Assembly: GCA_964440275.1 (NCBI GenBank)
Contig: CAYTRR010000011.1
Location: 83,930 to 147,929 of the forward strand
Length of the DNA stretch: 64,000 bases
DNA from: an uncultured Spirochaetales bacterium
GTDB lineage: Bacteria; Desulfobacterota_D; UBA1144
Direction: 5' to 3'
The notes under the pieces are model-generated. The model was not told the DNA's origin. It made no database searches and was given only the letters and a program-made list of their open reading frames with translations. Both the position numbers and the translations under genes were made by a program. This document shows, in pieces, positions 9,904-19,991 of this stretch (position 1 is its first letter; each line of letters begins with the position of its first letter).

Positions 9904-10832
9904 ATTATTTCTCTCTTGTCCGAAAACTTATTATCTATATTTTTCAATTGACTTTCCGCATGATAAGAACTCCGCACCATTGGTCCGCATTCTACTGATT
10001 TAATATTCAATTTTTTTTGTGCATAATTTTTAATTTTTTCAAATTCTGACATAGTGTAAAACTTTGATACATTGATATGTTCTTTTGTAGGTTGGAGATA
10101 TTGACCAATAGTTACCAAGTCACAACCCGCTTGATCAAGATCATCAATCAATTTTTCTACTTCCTCTTCAGTTTCACCAACACCAATCATAAAACCAGAT
10201 TTAACTACAACTCGCGAGTTCTCTTTGAAATATTTCAATAAGTTAATTGATCTATTGTAATTTGCTTGAGGTCTCATTGCTCTTTTTTTTGATGTTCTAG
10301 TTTTTTGTTTTTGATAATACAATCTTTCAATTGTCTCCATATTGTGGTTCAATACGTCAGGCTCAGCTGCGATTATTATATCTAATGCTTTTTTATCTCC
10401 AAGAAAATCAGGAATTAATAACTCAATCTTTATATCTAAGTTTAATTTTTTTATTTCTTTAACACTTTCCGCGAAAATTTTTGCACTCTGTAGATTTTTG
10501 TTATCTCTATTGACTGATGTAAGTACAACATGGTTGATTAAAGCATTATTATTTTTTAAGTCTAATATACCTCTAGCTAATCTCTTAGGCTCTAGATAAT
10601 CTATAAGTCCGCCATCTCCTGTTTTTACAGCACAAAAACCACAACTTCTTGTACAAGTGTCCCCAAGAATCATAAAAGTCAGAGTTCCTAACGACCAACA
10701 CTCAGCCAGGTTAGGACAATTTGCTTCCTCGCATACTGTATGAAGCGTGTTCTTCGATACGATTTTCTTTAATTTTTTAAAATTATTCCCCATGGGAATT
10801 TTGGTTTTTATCCATTTCGGTTTGTTTTCCAA
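9900..10832 (-). CDS. lipA: Lipoyl synthase
   Basis: CEEANCPNLAECW and radical-SAM TFMILGDTCTRSCGFC motifs. 310 aa. Confidence 0.93.
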   Translation of the reverse strand: MENKPKWIKTKIPMGNNFKKLKKIVSKNTLHTVCEEANCPNLAECWSLGTLTFMILGDTCTRSCGFCAVKTGDGGLIDYLEPKRLARGILDLKNNNALINHVVLTSVNRDNKNLQSAKIFAESVKEIKKLNLDIKIELLIPDFLGDKKALDIIIAAEPDVLNHNMETIERLYYQKQKTRTSKKRAMRPQANYNRSINLLKYFKENSRVVVKSGFMIGVGETEEEVEKLIDDLDQAGCDLVTIGQYLQPTKEHINVSKFYTMSEFEKIKNYAQKKLNIKSVECGPMVRSSYHAESQLKNIDNKFSDKREII

Positions 10833-10836
10833 CTCT

Positions 10837-11130
10837 CTATTTAACCTCTTTGTTTAAAGTATTCTTTTCCATTGAATTAATCTTTTTTTGTAGCTGATTA
10901 ATTTTAAAGCTTTTTGAGATTGAACTAAATCCCATTGATATCAACGAAATAAATACCCCAAGTAGAAATGCCGCAGCCAATAGAAAAGAGTTAGTGATAG
11001 GCCTATCTTGGAATGAAAAAATTGTGATATCAAAATTTACTAAGAATTCTTTTAGAAAAAGCTCTTGGTTTTGAAAAACAAAAACTATTCCTAGTAAAAA
11101 CAACGAAGATATTATAATTGCTTTCAACAT
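10837..11130 (-). CDS. Small two-TM inner-membrane protein (LapA/DUF1049-like)
   Basis: 97 aa, two hydrophobic helices followed by a charged coiled C-terminal region. Family assignment is tentative. Confidence 0.45.
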   Translation of the reverse strand: MLKAIIISSLFLLGIVFVFQNQELFLKEFLVNFDITIFSFQDRPITNSFLLAAAFLLGVFISLISMGFSSISKSFKINQLQKKINSMEKNTLNKEVK

Positions 11131-11163
11131 TACGCTAAAGTGATTTTAACATATTTAGGAAGT

Positions 11164-12009
11164 CTAATTATGAAGATAGTATAGTTTTTCAAAATATTCA
11201 TTTTTTAGCTCAGGGATAATTTTATCTAATATTTTTTCTTTCTTTTTTGGAAAATATTCAATATCTAAATTCTCTATTCCTAATGTGTCCTCAATGTATC
11301 TTATTGCAGCCCCAAGCCCTCCAGTTGCATCAACAAGCTTAAGTGTTTTAGCTTGATTTCCTGAGAATATTCTTCCATCAGATACTTTTTCTATTTCACG
11401 ATCTGACAATTTTCTTCTATCTTTAACGACCTCTTTGAACTGACTATGAACATCTTCAATTATTGCCACAAGAACTTCCTTTTCATCTTTTGTTAACTCT
11501 CTTGTTGGGCTACCAATATCTTTTAATTTACCAGATTTTACAACTTCTATATTAACTTTGAGATATTTAATTAGCTCTGACAAATCATAATATTGTGTAA
11601 TTACACCAATACTTCCAGTTATTGAACCAGGGTTAGCAAATATGTATGAAGTACCACAAGCAATCATGTACCCCCCAGATGCTCCAACATCAACTATGCT
11701 AGAAACCACTAATTTGGATTTGTTTAATTCAATTAATGAATCGTAAATTTCTTGAGACGATCCAACAGTGCCACCTGGCGAGTCAATTCTAACAATTACA
11801 GCTTTTACAGACTCGTCGTCAATAAATGTATCTATACTTTTCAAATATTTCTTGGGATTTCTAATAACCCCTGTTATTTCAAGCACAGCAATTTTATTAA
11901 CCGGATTTATTGTCATAAATGCACTATATAGAAATATAGCGAGAACAAGAAAAATAAGAATATTTTTTACGCTTAATTTTTTAATTATATCTTTCATGTA
12001 AAACTTCAT
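11164..12009 (-). CDS. sppA: Signal peptide peptidase SppA (S49 family, 36K type)
   Basis: N-terminal TM. S49 core with GASGGYMIACG. Confidence 0.82.
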   Translation of the reverse strand: MKFYMKDIIKKLSVKNILIFLVLAIFLYSAFMTINPVNKIAVLEITGVIRNPKKYLKSIDTFIDDESVKAVIVRIDSPGGTVGSSQEIYDSLIELNKSKLVVSSIVDVGASGGYMIACGTSYIFANPGSITGSIGVITQYYDLSELIKYLKVNIEVVKSGKLKDIGSPTRELTKDEKEVLVAIIEDVHSQFKEVVKDRRKLSDREIEKVSDGRIFSGNQAKTLKLVDATGGLGAAIRYIEDTLGIENLDIEYFPKKKEKILDKIIPELKNEYFEKLYYLHN

Positions 12010-12841
12010 CGATTGTTTGTTTTATTAACCAAGGTGGAGTCGAGGCCCCAGCGCAAATACCCACAGTCTTATCTTTAAGATCTAGATTTAACTCCTGTAT
12101 CTCTTTAAAGGTTTCTATTTGGTATGTAAAAGTATTAACTTTTTTGCATAATTCAGCAATTTCTCTTGTATTTGAACTATTTTTTCCACCAATTACTAAC
12201 ATTATATCAACATCTTTTGCAATTTCCTTAGATTCCATTTGTTTATTATGAATATCATCACATAGGGTATCTATTACTTTTATCTCATATCCTTTCAATG
12301 ATTTTAACAAATCAACAACGTCCCAAAAAGTTTCCATCGGTATAGTTGTTTGGGCAACAACTCCAATTTTTTTAGATTTCAATTCATTGATGTCTAGTTC
12401 GTCTTTGTTTTTAATAACCAAGCAATTGTTTTTAGCGTAGCTTTTTGCTCCAATTATTTCGGGGTGATTTTCATTCCCCACTATAAGCACATAGTGGCTA
12501 TCTTCAGATAAAGATTTAACTGCAAATTGAAGTCTTTTAACTATAGGGCATGTCATATCAACAACATTTAATGAAGACTCATTTAGATTCTTCTCTTCAT
12601 AATTAGGTATACCATGTGCTCTAATTATCACTGTGCCTTTATCATTTTTTTCGATTTCATTGATTACAGATAGACCTTTGTTGTTAAGGATTTCAACCAT
12701 TTGAGGATTATGAATTAGGGGACCAAAAGATTTCACTTCTTGATCCGGATTCTTGTCAAGGATCTCTTCTGCTGTTGACACAGCATCCTCAACACCAAAA
12801 CATACACCGGCGCTATCAGCAATTATTAATTTCTTAGGCAT
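11981..12841 (-). CDS. ispH: 4-hydroxy-3-methylbut-2-enyl diphosphate reductase
   Basis: N-terminal GVCFGVEDAV. Conserved cysteines of LytB/IspH. 286 aa. Confidence 0.9.
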   Translation of the reverse strand: MPKKLIIADSAGVCFGVEDAVSTAEEILDKNPDQEVKSFGPLIHNPQMVEILNNKGLSVINEIEKNDKGTVIIRAHGIPNYEEKNLNESSLNVVDMTCPIVKRLQFAVKSLSEDSHYVLIVGNENHPEIIGAKSYAKNNCLVIKNKDELDINELKSKKIGVVAQTTIPMETFWDVVDLLKSLKGYEIKVIDTLCDDIHNKQMESKEIAKDVDIMLVIGGKNSSNTREIAELCKKVNTFTYQIETFKEIQELNLDLKDKTVGICAGASTPPWLIKQTIDEVLHERYN

Positions 12842-13517
12842 CGTCTTTCACTATACTCTGAATCTTTTCAACTACCTCTTTAATGCTTAAGGTAGACGTA
12901 TTAATTATCACAGCATCATCTGCTGGATGCAAGGGACATATATTCCTAGTCATATCAAGAGTGTCCCTTTCGTTAATCTCTTTTAGAACTTTCTGCTCAT
13001 TAATATTAACCCCAAGAATCTCTTTGAGTTGTAAGGCTCTTCTATTCGCTCTAATTTCAGGACTGGCATCCAAATAAAACTTATATTTTGCATCAGGAAA
13101 AACATATGTGCCCATGTCTCTGCCTTCGGCTATATAACTTTTATTCTTCACTATTCTACGTTGCATTTCTTTCAACACACCTCTAACAATTTGATTTACC
13201 GCAAATTGGGAGGCAAGCGTAGATATCTCGCTCGTTCTTATATCATCTGTAACATCATCTGTGTTTACAAATACTTTTTGAGTTTCATCTTCATCAACAA
13301 ATCTTATATGAAGATCTATTAGTAATTTTTTTAACTTTTCATCACTTCCATTCGCAGTGATTCCATGCAAGTCTGCAAAAAGAGCTAGAGCTCTGTACAT
13401 TGCTCCGGAATCTAAATAATTAAATCCCAAAGATTCAGCTAGTATCTTCGCTATAGTTCCTTTTCCAACACCGGAAGGACCATCAATTGTTATCATCATG
13501 ATATTATTTTTTCTCAA
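12834..13517 (-). CDS. cmk: Cytidylate kinase
   Basis: ITIDGPSGVGKGTIAK P-loop region typical of Cmk. 227 aa. Confidence 0.9.
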   Translation of the reverse strand: MRKNNIMMITIDGPSGVGKGTIAKILAESLGFNYLDSGAMYRALALFADLHGITANGSDEKLKKLLIDLHIRFVDEDETQKVFVNTDDVTDDIRTSEISTLASQFAVNQIVRGVLKEMQRRIVKNKSYIAEGRDMGTYVFPDAKYKFYLDASPEIRANRRALQLKEILGVNINEQKVLKEINERDTLDMTRNICPLHPADDAVIINTSTLSIKEVVEKIQSIVKDDA

Positions 13518-14835
13518 ACCCCCTTAGAAGCTCAAAGAAATTAGGAAAAGAAATAGAAACGCATTCAATATTTTTTATTGTTGTATCCCCACTTGCTTTT
13601 GTTCCCGCAATCGCAGCCATCATTGCAATTCTATGATCGCCATGGCTATCACAATTCGCTGCAAGCAATCCTTCTTTTCCTACAATTCTTATACCATTTT
13701 CTGTCTCGTTAATGTTGCATCCAAATTTTTTGAGCTCAGTGACAATAGATTTTATTCTATCAGATTCTTTAAATCTTAATTCGTCAGCTCCCGAAATAGT
13801 TGATTCTCCTTCAGCTAATGTACATGCTAATGAAAGTATTGGAATCTCGTCTATCAATGAGGGTATAGATGCCTCATCAATATCTATTGCGCTTAGCGTG
13901 CTGCTCTTACTCGTAATATCCCCAACTTGTTCTCCATCTTTTAGAGTTACATTAGAAATTTCTATTTCACCACCCATTTTTTTTAAAATATCTATAAAAT
14001 GAATTCTCATAGGATTTAGACAAACATTTTTAATGTGAAGCTCAGTATTTTTACTTATAAGACTAGCAACGATAAAGAAGGCAGCAGATGAGGGGTCACT
14101 AGGTATAGTCATCTCTTTCAAATTAATTTTCAGATTAGGGCGTATTGTTATTGTTTCTTCATTGACAACTATATTCTCTGTGAAGTTTGCCAGCATTATT
14201 TCAGTGTGATTTCTTGATCGTTTTCTATCTCTAAATTTTGTTTCTCCTTCTGCATAAAGGCCCGCAAAAAGTATTGCAGATTTAACTTGAGCAGAACCAA
14301 GATTTAGATTAAATTCACCACCTTGAAGAGAAGAAGGTTTTATTTCTATTGGTAAACAACCATTATTTGTAGAGATATCAGCTTTCATAGTCCTCAGAGG
14401 TTCTTCTATTCTTTTCATTGGTCTTCTACGTAAAGAGTTATCTCCGTCAAGAATAGAAGAAAAATTTTGACCAACCAATATGCCCGATAAAAGCCTTGCT
14501 GTCGTTCCAGAATTTCCGCAATCTAGAACACTTTTTGCCTCAGAAAAATTACTTGCTCCTTTGCTTTTCACTATTAGTTTGTTGTCAGAATATATAAAAT
14601 CGACCCCCATTTTTTGAAAACAAGAAATGGTAGAACTAATATCCTCCGAAAATAAAATATTGTTAATTATTGTTTCGGTCGAATTTAACGAAGATAAAAT
14701 AACAGCCCTATGGGAAATAGATTTGTCAGCAGGAATCTCGACATGACCCTTAAACAAATACTCATTTCCTTGTATTGTTATGCTTTTTCCCATTATTTTT
14801 CCTTGATACGTTATAATAACCTTAATCACATACAT
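13504..14835 (-). CDS. aroA: 3-phosphoshikimate 1-carboxyvinyltransferase
   Basis: LDCGNSGTTARLLSG motif. The true start is probably the internal MGKSITIQG at about 14793, not 14835. Confidence 0.9.
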   Translation of the reverse strand: MYVIKVIITYQGKIMGKSITIQGNEYLFKGHVEIPADKSISHRAVILSSLNSTETIINNILFSEDISSTISCFQKMGVDFIYSDNKLIVKSKGASNFSEAKSVLDCGNSGTTARLLSGILVGQNFSSILDGDNSLRRRPMKRIEEPLRTMKADISTNNGCLPIEIKPSSLQGGEFNLNLGSAQVKSAILFAGLYAEGETKFRDRKRSRNHTEIMLANFTENIVVNEETITIRPNLKINLKEMTIPSDPSSAAFFIVASLISKNTELHIKNVCLNPMRIHFIDILKKMGGEIEISNVTLKDGEQVGDITSKSSTLSAIDIDEASIPSLIDEIPILSLACTLAEGESTISGADELRFKESDRIKSIVTELKKFGCNINETENGIRIVGKEGLLAANCDSHGDHRIAMMAAIAGTKASGDTTIKNIECVSISFPNFFELLRGFEKK

Positions 14836-15784
14836 GGAGAAATCTTTTTCAAAATTTAATAAGGCTTTGTTAATAGGTATTGGTGGTGGTGCTGATATTG
14901 TTGGAACGATTCCTACTAAAATATTGCTCGAGTCTTACGGGGTACAAACTATATTAGCAGGACTTCCTTGGGAAAGGTATTCAATAGATCCTTATCCTGG
15001 CCCTCGACCTTTTTCTGAGATTGTTAATAAAACTACAATTAATAAAAGCTTATGTTGGGCCAACAAGAATACCAAAACCAAAGATGGTCTATATTTTAGC
15101 GAATCAAAAGTTTCTAATTATTTAAATCAAAAAGTTGTACTACTTAATATATTTAATTCACCCAAACAAATCTCAGAGGACTTGCTAGATTTTTGCAATA
15201 AGAAAAAAATTGATTTAGTTGTTGGTATAGATGTTGGAGGAGATGTTTTAGCAAGTGGTAAAGAGCCTGGATTGGCAAGTCCATTAGCTGACTCATTGAT
15301 GTTGTCAGCAATTAATTACCTTTCTAATGGTATCGAAACTTTGATAGGTGTCTTGGGATATGGAAGCGATGGCGAGTTAACTCCTAAAGAGATAGACCAG
15401 TCTTTATCATTACTAAATAAAAACAAAGGAGTCCTTGGCTCATCTGGTATCACTAAAACTTCATACTCCATAATGAAAAAAATTATAAAAACAGTTGAAA
15501 CTGATGCAAGTCGAATCCCACTTATTTCATACGAGGGATTTAAAGGACAATACCCTATAAGAAGAGGTAGAGTGAAAGTAGAAGTTCATCCTATGTGTCA
15601 AATTACTTTTTATATTAATCCAAAAAAACTTTACAAAAACATTTCTACTTCTGCAAGATTAGTATCAAAATCTAAAGATATTTTTCATGCAAATAACATT
15701 CTTTTAAAAAAAGGCTTTAGGACCGAACTAGATTATGAAATCAAAACACATACCCTTTCTATTGCATCAAATAATAAAGGATGA
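14834..15784 (+). CDS. Conserved hypothetical protein with two Gly-rich motifs (DUF1152-like?)
   Basis: 316 aa. GIGGGADIVG and GIDVGGDVLA motifs. No confident functional assignment from sequence alone. Confidence 0.5.
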   Translation: MEKSFSKFNKALLIGIGGGADIVGTIPTKILLESYGVQTILAGLPWERYSIDPYPGPRPFSEIVNKTTINKSLCWANKNTKTKDGLYFSESKVSNYLNQKVVLLNIFNSPKQISEDLLDFCNKKKIDLVVGIDVGGDVLASGKEPGLASPLADSLMLSAINYLSNGIETLIGVLGYGSDGELTPKEIDQSLSLLNKNKGVLGSSGITKTSYSIMKKIIKTVETDASRIPLISYEGFKGQYPIRRGRVKVEVHPMCQITFYINPKKLYKNISTSARLVSKSKDIFHANNILLKKGFRTELDYEIKTHTLSIASNNKG

Positions 15785-16640
15785 TTGGAATTACAGGTAT
15801 AGATAAAATTGTCGATACAAAAACAATTGAAGCAACTTTCTCTGGAGATTTATTGTATCTATCTGCAAGAATAAAATTAAATACAGCGGCAGGCATTGAA
15901 TACTGCAATATCAAAATCTTTGAAATCTCATTATTAACATTTAGCAAGTTGCAAATTGTGATACTCAATAGAATTCCCAGAATAATCCTTAAGAAGCCTA
16001 TAATGCAATCTTCAGCATAATCTACAATTTTTGTTTCAGACAATTTGTGTCCCAAGCTAAACATCATTAGAGGTATACATGTTGTACCTAACAGCTTAAT
16101 TGACGTATTAATCCCCGGATCGATAGTTATTCCAGTTTTATTGAAAATTATTGGAACTATTACTGCATACACTAGTGGAGCTTTGAATATTTCACCAACT
16201 TTCTTAGGCCCATTTAAAATGAATATTCCTACTGAAAAATGAAGAAAAAAAACAACAGTCGTAAAAATTATTGCATAATCAAGTGCACTTTCTCCAAAAG
16301 CAAAAAGGACTAAAGGTAGCCCTAGATTTCCAGTATTTGGAAAAACTACAGGATTTAAAAATATACTCAAATCTTTTTTTAGGCTTTTAATTAGAAAATA
16401 TGAAACCGCAAGACCTATTAATACAATTGTTGTCCCAGCAATAATAATTTCTGACGCAGTACCAAAACTTACATTCCCTTCTATTATAGAAGAAAAAATT
16501 AAGCAAGGAGTAGAGACATACATTATAAATAGATTTATTGATTTAAGGTCGATTTTAGTAATACGTCCAAATAAATAACCTGTAAATACAACAAGCATTA
16601 CCGGAAAAATTACTTCTAATACTTGAACCCATAAATCCAT
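15759..16640 (-). CDS. AEC (auxin efflux carrier) family membrane transporter
   Basis: 293 aa polytopic membrane protein with two-repeat organisation typical of the AEC/malate permease family. Confidence 0.65.
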   Translation of the reverse strand: MDLWVQVLEVIFPVMLVVFTGYLFGRITKIDLKSINLFIMYVSTPCLIFSSIIEGNVSFGTASEIIIAGTTIVLIGLAVSYFLIKSLKKDLSIFLNPVVFPNTGNLGLPLVLFAFGESALDYAIIFTTVVFFLHFSVGIFILNGPKKVGEIFKAPLVYAVIVPIIFNKTGITIDPGINTSIKLLGTTCIPLMMFSLGHKLSETKIVDYAEDCIIGFLRIILGILLSITICNLLNVNNEISKILILQYSMPAAVFNFILADRYNKSPEKVASIVFVSTILSIPVIPIILYYLMQ

Positions 16641-16663
16641 AGAAAGATTTTACACAATCATGT

Positions 16664-17098
16664 TTGATAAATATGTTTTTTTTTAGTTATAATTTCCCCA
16701 TGTGGTTCTTTAAGACATCAACAACTTGGGCTAGTTTGCTGCCTAGACTTATATTAGCTATAACTTTTATTCCAGCAGGTTGGTATAAGCTTAGTGATTT
16801 TCAATCTAAAGCACTATCTTGGCAGATGAATTTCGGTTTTTCTACTTGGGAAACAGCTATAGCAGTTTTTGTTGAATTTTTTGGTGGGATCGCAATAGCT
16901 CTTGGGCTACTTACTAGATTAGCTTCTATAGGAATAATTGTGATAATGTGCGTAGGTGTCTGGGTTGCACATCTTGACGATGGATATTTTCCAACCTACG
17001 ATACTTATGCTTATCAGTTATGTCTTATAGGCTTAGCTTACTCTCTTGTTTTTGTTGGCGGAGGGAAATATTCTCTTGATGGAAAATTTTTTAATTAG
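16664..17098 (+). CDS. DoxX family membrane protein
   Basis: 144 aa, 4 predicted TM helices, pattern consistent with DoxX. Confidence 0.6.
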   Translation: MINMFFFSYNFPMWFFKTSTTWASLLPRLILAITFIPAGWYKLSDFQSKALSWQMNFGFSTWETAIAVFVEFFGGIAIALGLLTRLASIGIIVIMCVGVWVAHLDDGYFPTYDTYAYQLCLIGLAYSLVFVGGGKYSLDGKFFN

Positions 17099-18269
17099 TC
17101 TTTAGTTTTTTCTTTATAAGTTCCACACCAGGTTGATTAAAAGGATTAACTTTTAATTGTTTTGCTAATAAAATTGTTGCAAGCTCAAAAATTATTATCA
17201 GTGAAGAAAGTGATTTCATAGTCAATCTTTCAATTTGGAAACTCACAACAGGAATATTTCTTTTTGTGCAGGCGTCTACTGTAGCGTGATATTCATTAGC
17301 AATTAGTTCTTCTAATTTATTGTTTCCCTTTAGTGAACTTTGAATCAAAACAAAAGTTAAAGTTTTGTTTTTTGGACCATCAAGAACTAATTGCATTTGA
17401 GAGTGTTGATCTTTAGGTCCTATATAACTTATTGGCGTTAAACCAATATTTTTTTTACCTAAACTTTCCCCCCAAAGCTGCATAAACCATTCACCAAAAG
17501 AATTTAAACTATCTTTATATGACATTAGTATGCTTATATCTCTTCCTAATAAATAGTTTACATAATGAAAATTTACTAGATTGAGGATGGGTAAAAAATT
17601 CATATCTTCTAATTCGTCGTAAGTATCTCTTGCTCCACTTAACAATTCATCTGTATTTATATTTATTGATTGGCATGGAATCATGCTTGATGCACTTAAC
17701 ACGGAGAATCTGCCGCCAATATTTTTATTCAAATGAAAAACAGGAACCTTGTTCCTTTTCCCAAATCTGTTTAAATATGAATTAACATTATCAGTTAAAA
17801 GTAAAATTCTTTTTGTATAATTTATTCCAGCTTTATTTAATTTAATCAATGTTTCTTTTAGAAGTTTTTTTATTTCAATTGTATCACCTGACTTGCTTAT
17901 AAAGATGAAAAAAGATGAATTTATTTTTATTTCTTTAAAAAGTTTTTCAAAATTCTCTCCATCAGGGTTATTTACAATACGTAATTTATTTTTACCTCCA
18001 AGAGCATCTACAATAGCTTTCGTGCCAAGACTTGAACCACCCATTCCGAAAAGAATTATATTTGATGGCTTGATTTTTTTTATTAGTTTCATTAATACAC
18101 TGTAATCATTATCATTTTTGTAGAGTTCTTTAATTATTTCTAAGTTTTTTATATTGGTTTTCTCTAACTTTGATAAGTTGTGTAAATCTTTTTGTTTTAA
18201 ATTTGAGTGCTTGATTTCGTCATATGAGATCTGTAAATGTTGTAAGTTGATTATTTTTCGATTTACCAT
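17091..18269 (-). CDS. pgi: Glucose-6-phosphate isomerase (short form)
   Basis: LFGMGGSSLGTKAIVDAL matches the PGI GxGGSxLG SIS motif. 392 aa, shorter than most bacterial PGIs. Confidence 0.7.
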   Translation of the reverse strand: MVNRKIINLQHLQISYDEIKHSNLKQKDLHNLSKLEKTNIKNLEIIKELYKNDNDYSVLMKLIKKIKPSNIILFGMGGSSLGTKAIVDALGGKNKLRIVNNPDGENFEKLFKEIKINSSFFIFISKSGDTIEIKKLLKETLIKLNKAGINYTKRILLLTDNVNSYLNRFGKRNKVPVFHLNKNIGGRFSVLSASSMIPCQSININTDELLSGARDTYDELEDMNFLPILNLVNFHYVNYLLGRDISILMSYKDSLNSFGEWFMQLWGESLGKKNIGLTPISYIGPKDQHSQMQLVLDGPKNKTLTFVLIQSSLKGNNKLEELIANEYHATVDACTKRNIPVVSFQIERLTMKSLSSLIIIFELATILLAKQLKVNPFNQPGVELIKKKLKTN

Positions 18270-19219
18270 CTAACTACTGCAGATCCCCAAGCAAACCCAG
18301 CTCCAAAAACAGAAAAAAGCACGTTATCACCTTTCTTAATTTTAGATTCATTTACAGCTTCATGAAGTGCAAGTAAAACTGATGCTGCTGATGTATTACC
18401 ATATTTATCTATATTCACATAACATTTATCAAGAGGAAGATTAAGTCTTTCTCTAGCAGCTTCTATAATTCTTAGATTGGCCTGATGTGGAATAAACATA
18501 TTTATATCCTCTGGTTTCATACCTGCTTTTTCTATAGCTTCGATGGAGTTTGACTCTATTACTTTTACCGCTTCTTTGAAGACCTCTTTGCCTTCCATTT
18601 TTAAAAATCTATAACCTAGTGGGTCTTTTGAACCACCACCAGGAATATAGAGTAATTCTCCTTCGGCACCACTTGATCCCAAGCATACTGACAATATTCC
18701 AGGTTCTTCAGATTTTTCTAATACTACGGCACCAGCAGCATCACCAAACAAAATACAAGTACCTCTGTCTTTGTAGTCAGTGACTTGTGATAAGTTCTCA
18801 CCACCAACAATTAGTATTTTTTCTGCATCTCCATTTTCTATAAGTGACCTTCCAACTTTTAAGGCATAAATAAATCCTGAGCATCCAGCAGAAATATCAA
18901 ATGCGAAAATATTTTTAGTTTTTAATTTATCTTGAAGAATGCAACCCACAGAAGGCGTCATGTAATCTCCAGTAATTGTGGCAACTATAATTCCATCAAT
19001 TTCACTTGAAGAAATATTAGCATTCTTTATAGCTTCTTTGGAAGCATGAACACACATATCTGATGTTGTTTTATCTTTGTCTAAAATTCTTCTTTCTGAA
19101 ATACCAGTACGAGTTTTTATCCATTCATCTGAAGTATCAACCATAGATTCTAAATCTTTGTTTGATAAAATTTTCTCGGGAATATAAACCCCGGTACCTG
19201 TGATTTTTGCAAAACTCAA
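18263..19219 (-). CDS. fabH: 3-oxoacyl-ACP synthase III
   Basis: Active-site Cys context DISAGCSGFIYAL. C-terminal HQANLRI and NTSAAS motifs. 318 aa. Confidence 0.92.
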   Translation of the reverse strand: MSFAKITGTGVYIPEKILSNKDLESMVDTSDEWIKTRTGISERRILDKDKTTSDMCVHASKEAIKNANISSSEIDGIIVATITGDYMTPSVGCILQDKLKTKNIFAFDISAGCSGFIYALKVGRSLIENGDAEKILIVGGENLSQVTDYKDRGTCILFGDAAGAVVLEKSEEPGILSVCLGSSGAEGELLYIPGGGSKDPLGYRFLKMEGKEVFKEAVKVIESNSIEAIEKAGMKPEDINMFIPHQANLRIIEAARERLNLPLDKCYVNIDKYGNTSAASVLLALHEAVNESKIKKGDNVLFSVFGAGFAWGSAVVRW

Positions 19220-19237
19220 AAAACTATTCCTTAAAAC

Positions 19238-19696
19238 CTAATTATTTTTCATTATATCTTTAATGTCAATTTTGTAATTCGAAAGACATTCAATTAAATC
19301 ATTTACAAAACTATTTTGAAATTTAAATTCTTTTAATTCCTCATCTAATTTTGAAAATATCACAAGATTACACTCTTTTCTTTTAAAAAACTTTGTTAAA
19401 TCTTTTACCTCGTTCAAATTAGAAACTGAAATTAATGTTGATATCTCATCTATAAAGATCTTATTTTTATAGAATTTAATATTTAGTTCAATTACTGGAA
19501 AGTCATTTTGCATTACTGGGTTAAAATTAAGAGAAAAATTCATATTTTCTGAGTAATTTATAAACGAGTCTCTGCTTTTGCAAGCCAAAAGATATCCATT
19601 ACTGTCAATTTCTACAATTAAAGACCCCTCTTCAATAAACTCAAAATATTGAGCTATTATAGAACTTGATAAACAATTACTTGATTTTATTAACAT
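19238..19696 (-). CDS. Hypothetical protein
   Basis: 152 aa ORF with no recognisable motif. Long ORF in an AT-rich background supports a real gene. Confidence 0.4.
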   Translation of the reverse strand: MLIKSSNCLSSSIIAQYFEFIEEGSLIVEIDSNGYLLACKSRDSFINYSENMNFSLNFNPVMQNDFPVIELNIKFYKNKIFIDEISTLISVSNLNEVKDLTKFFKRKECNLVIFSKLDEELKEFKFQNSFVNDLIECLSNYKIDIKDIMKNN

Positions 19697-19749
19697 TATT
19701 ATAGTACAATTCTAATGTTCACACTTTAAGTTATCAAGGAGGAGTGTTA

Positions 19750-19944
19750 ATGACAGCCGTAGCAATTACATTAGGTATCGTTGCTTTATATTGGATAGCA
19801 GCGACTAATTTTGGGACTGAGGGTAGTTCCTCAGAGGGTGCAGCACCTGATTCATCTGCTTCTTCACCAACTACAGATGCAGAACCGCCATCTACTGATG
19901 AAGCTATTACAGATGGCTCAGAGTTTTCATCTGCGAAACAATAA
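19750..19944 (+). CDS. Small membrane-anchored acidic protein (hypothetical)
   Basis: Strong AAGGAGGAG Shine-Dalgarno 7 nt upstream of the ATG at 19750. One N-terminal TM helix followed by a Ser/Thr/Ala/Pro/Asp/Glu-rich tail. Confidence 0.45.
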   Translation: MTAVAITLGIVALYWIAATNFGTEGSSSEGAAPDSSASSPTTDAEPPSTDEAITDGSEFSSAKQ

Positions 19945-19991
19945 TTAATTCTGTTGGTATTCGATTAGTCCTAATCTTTTAAATTCTTATC

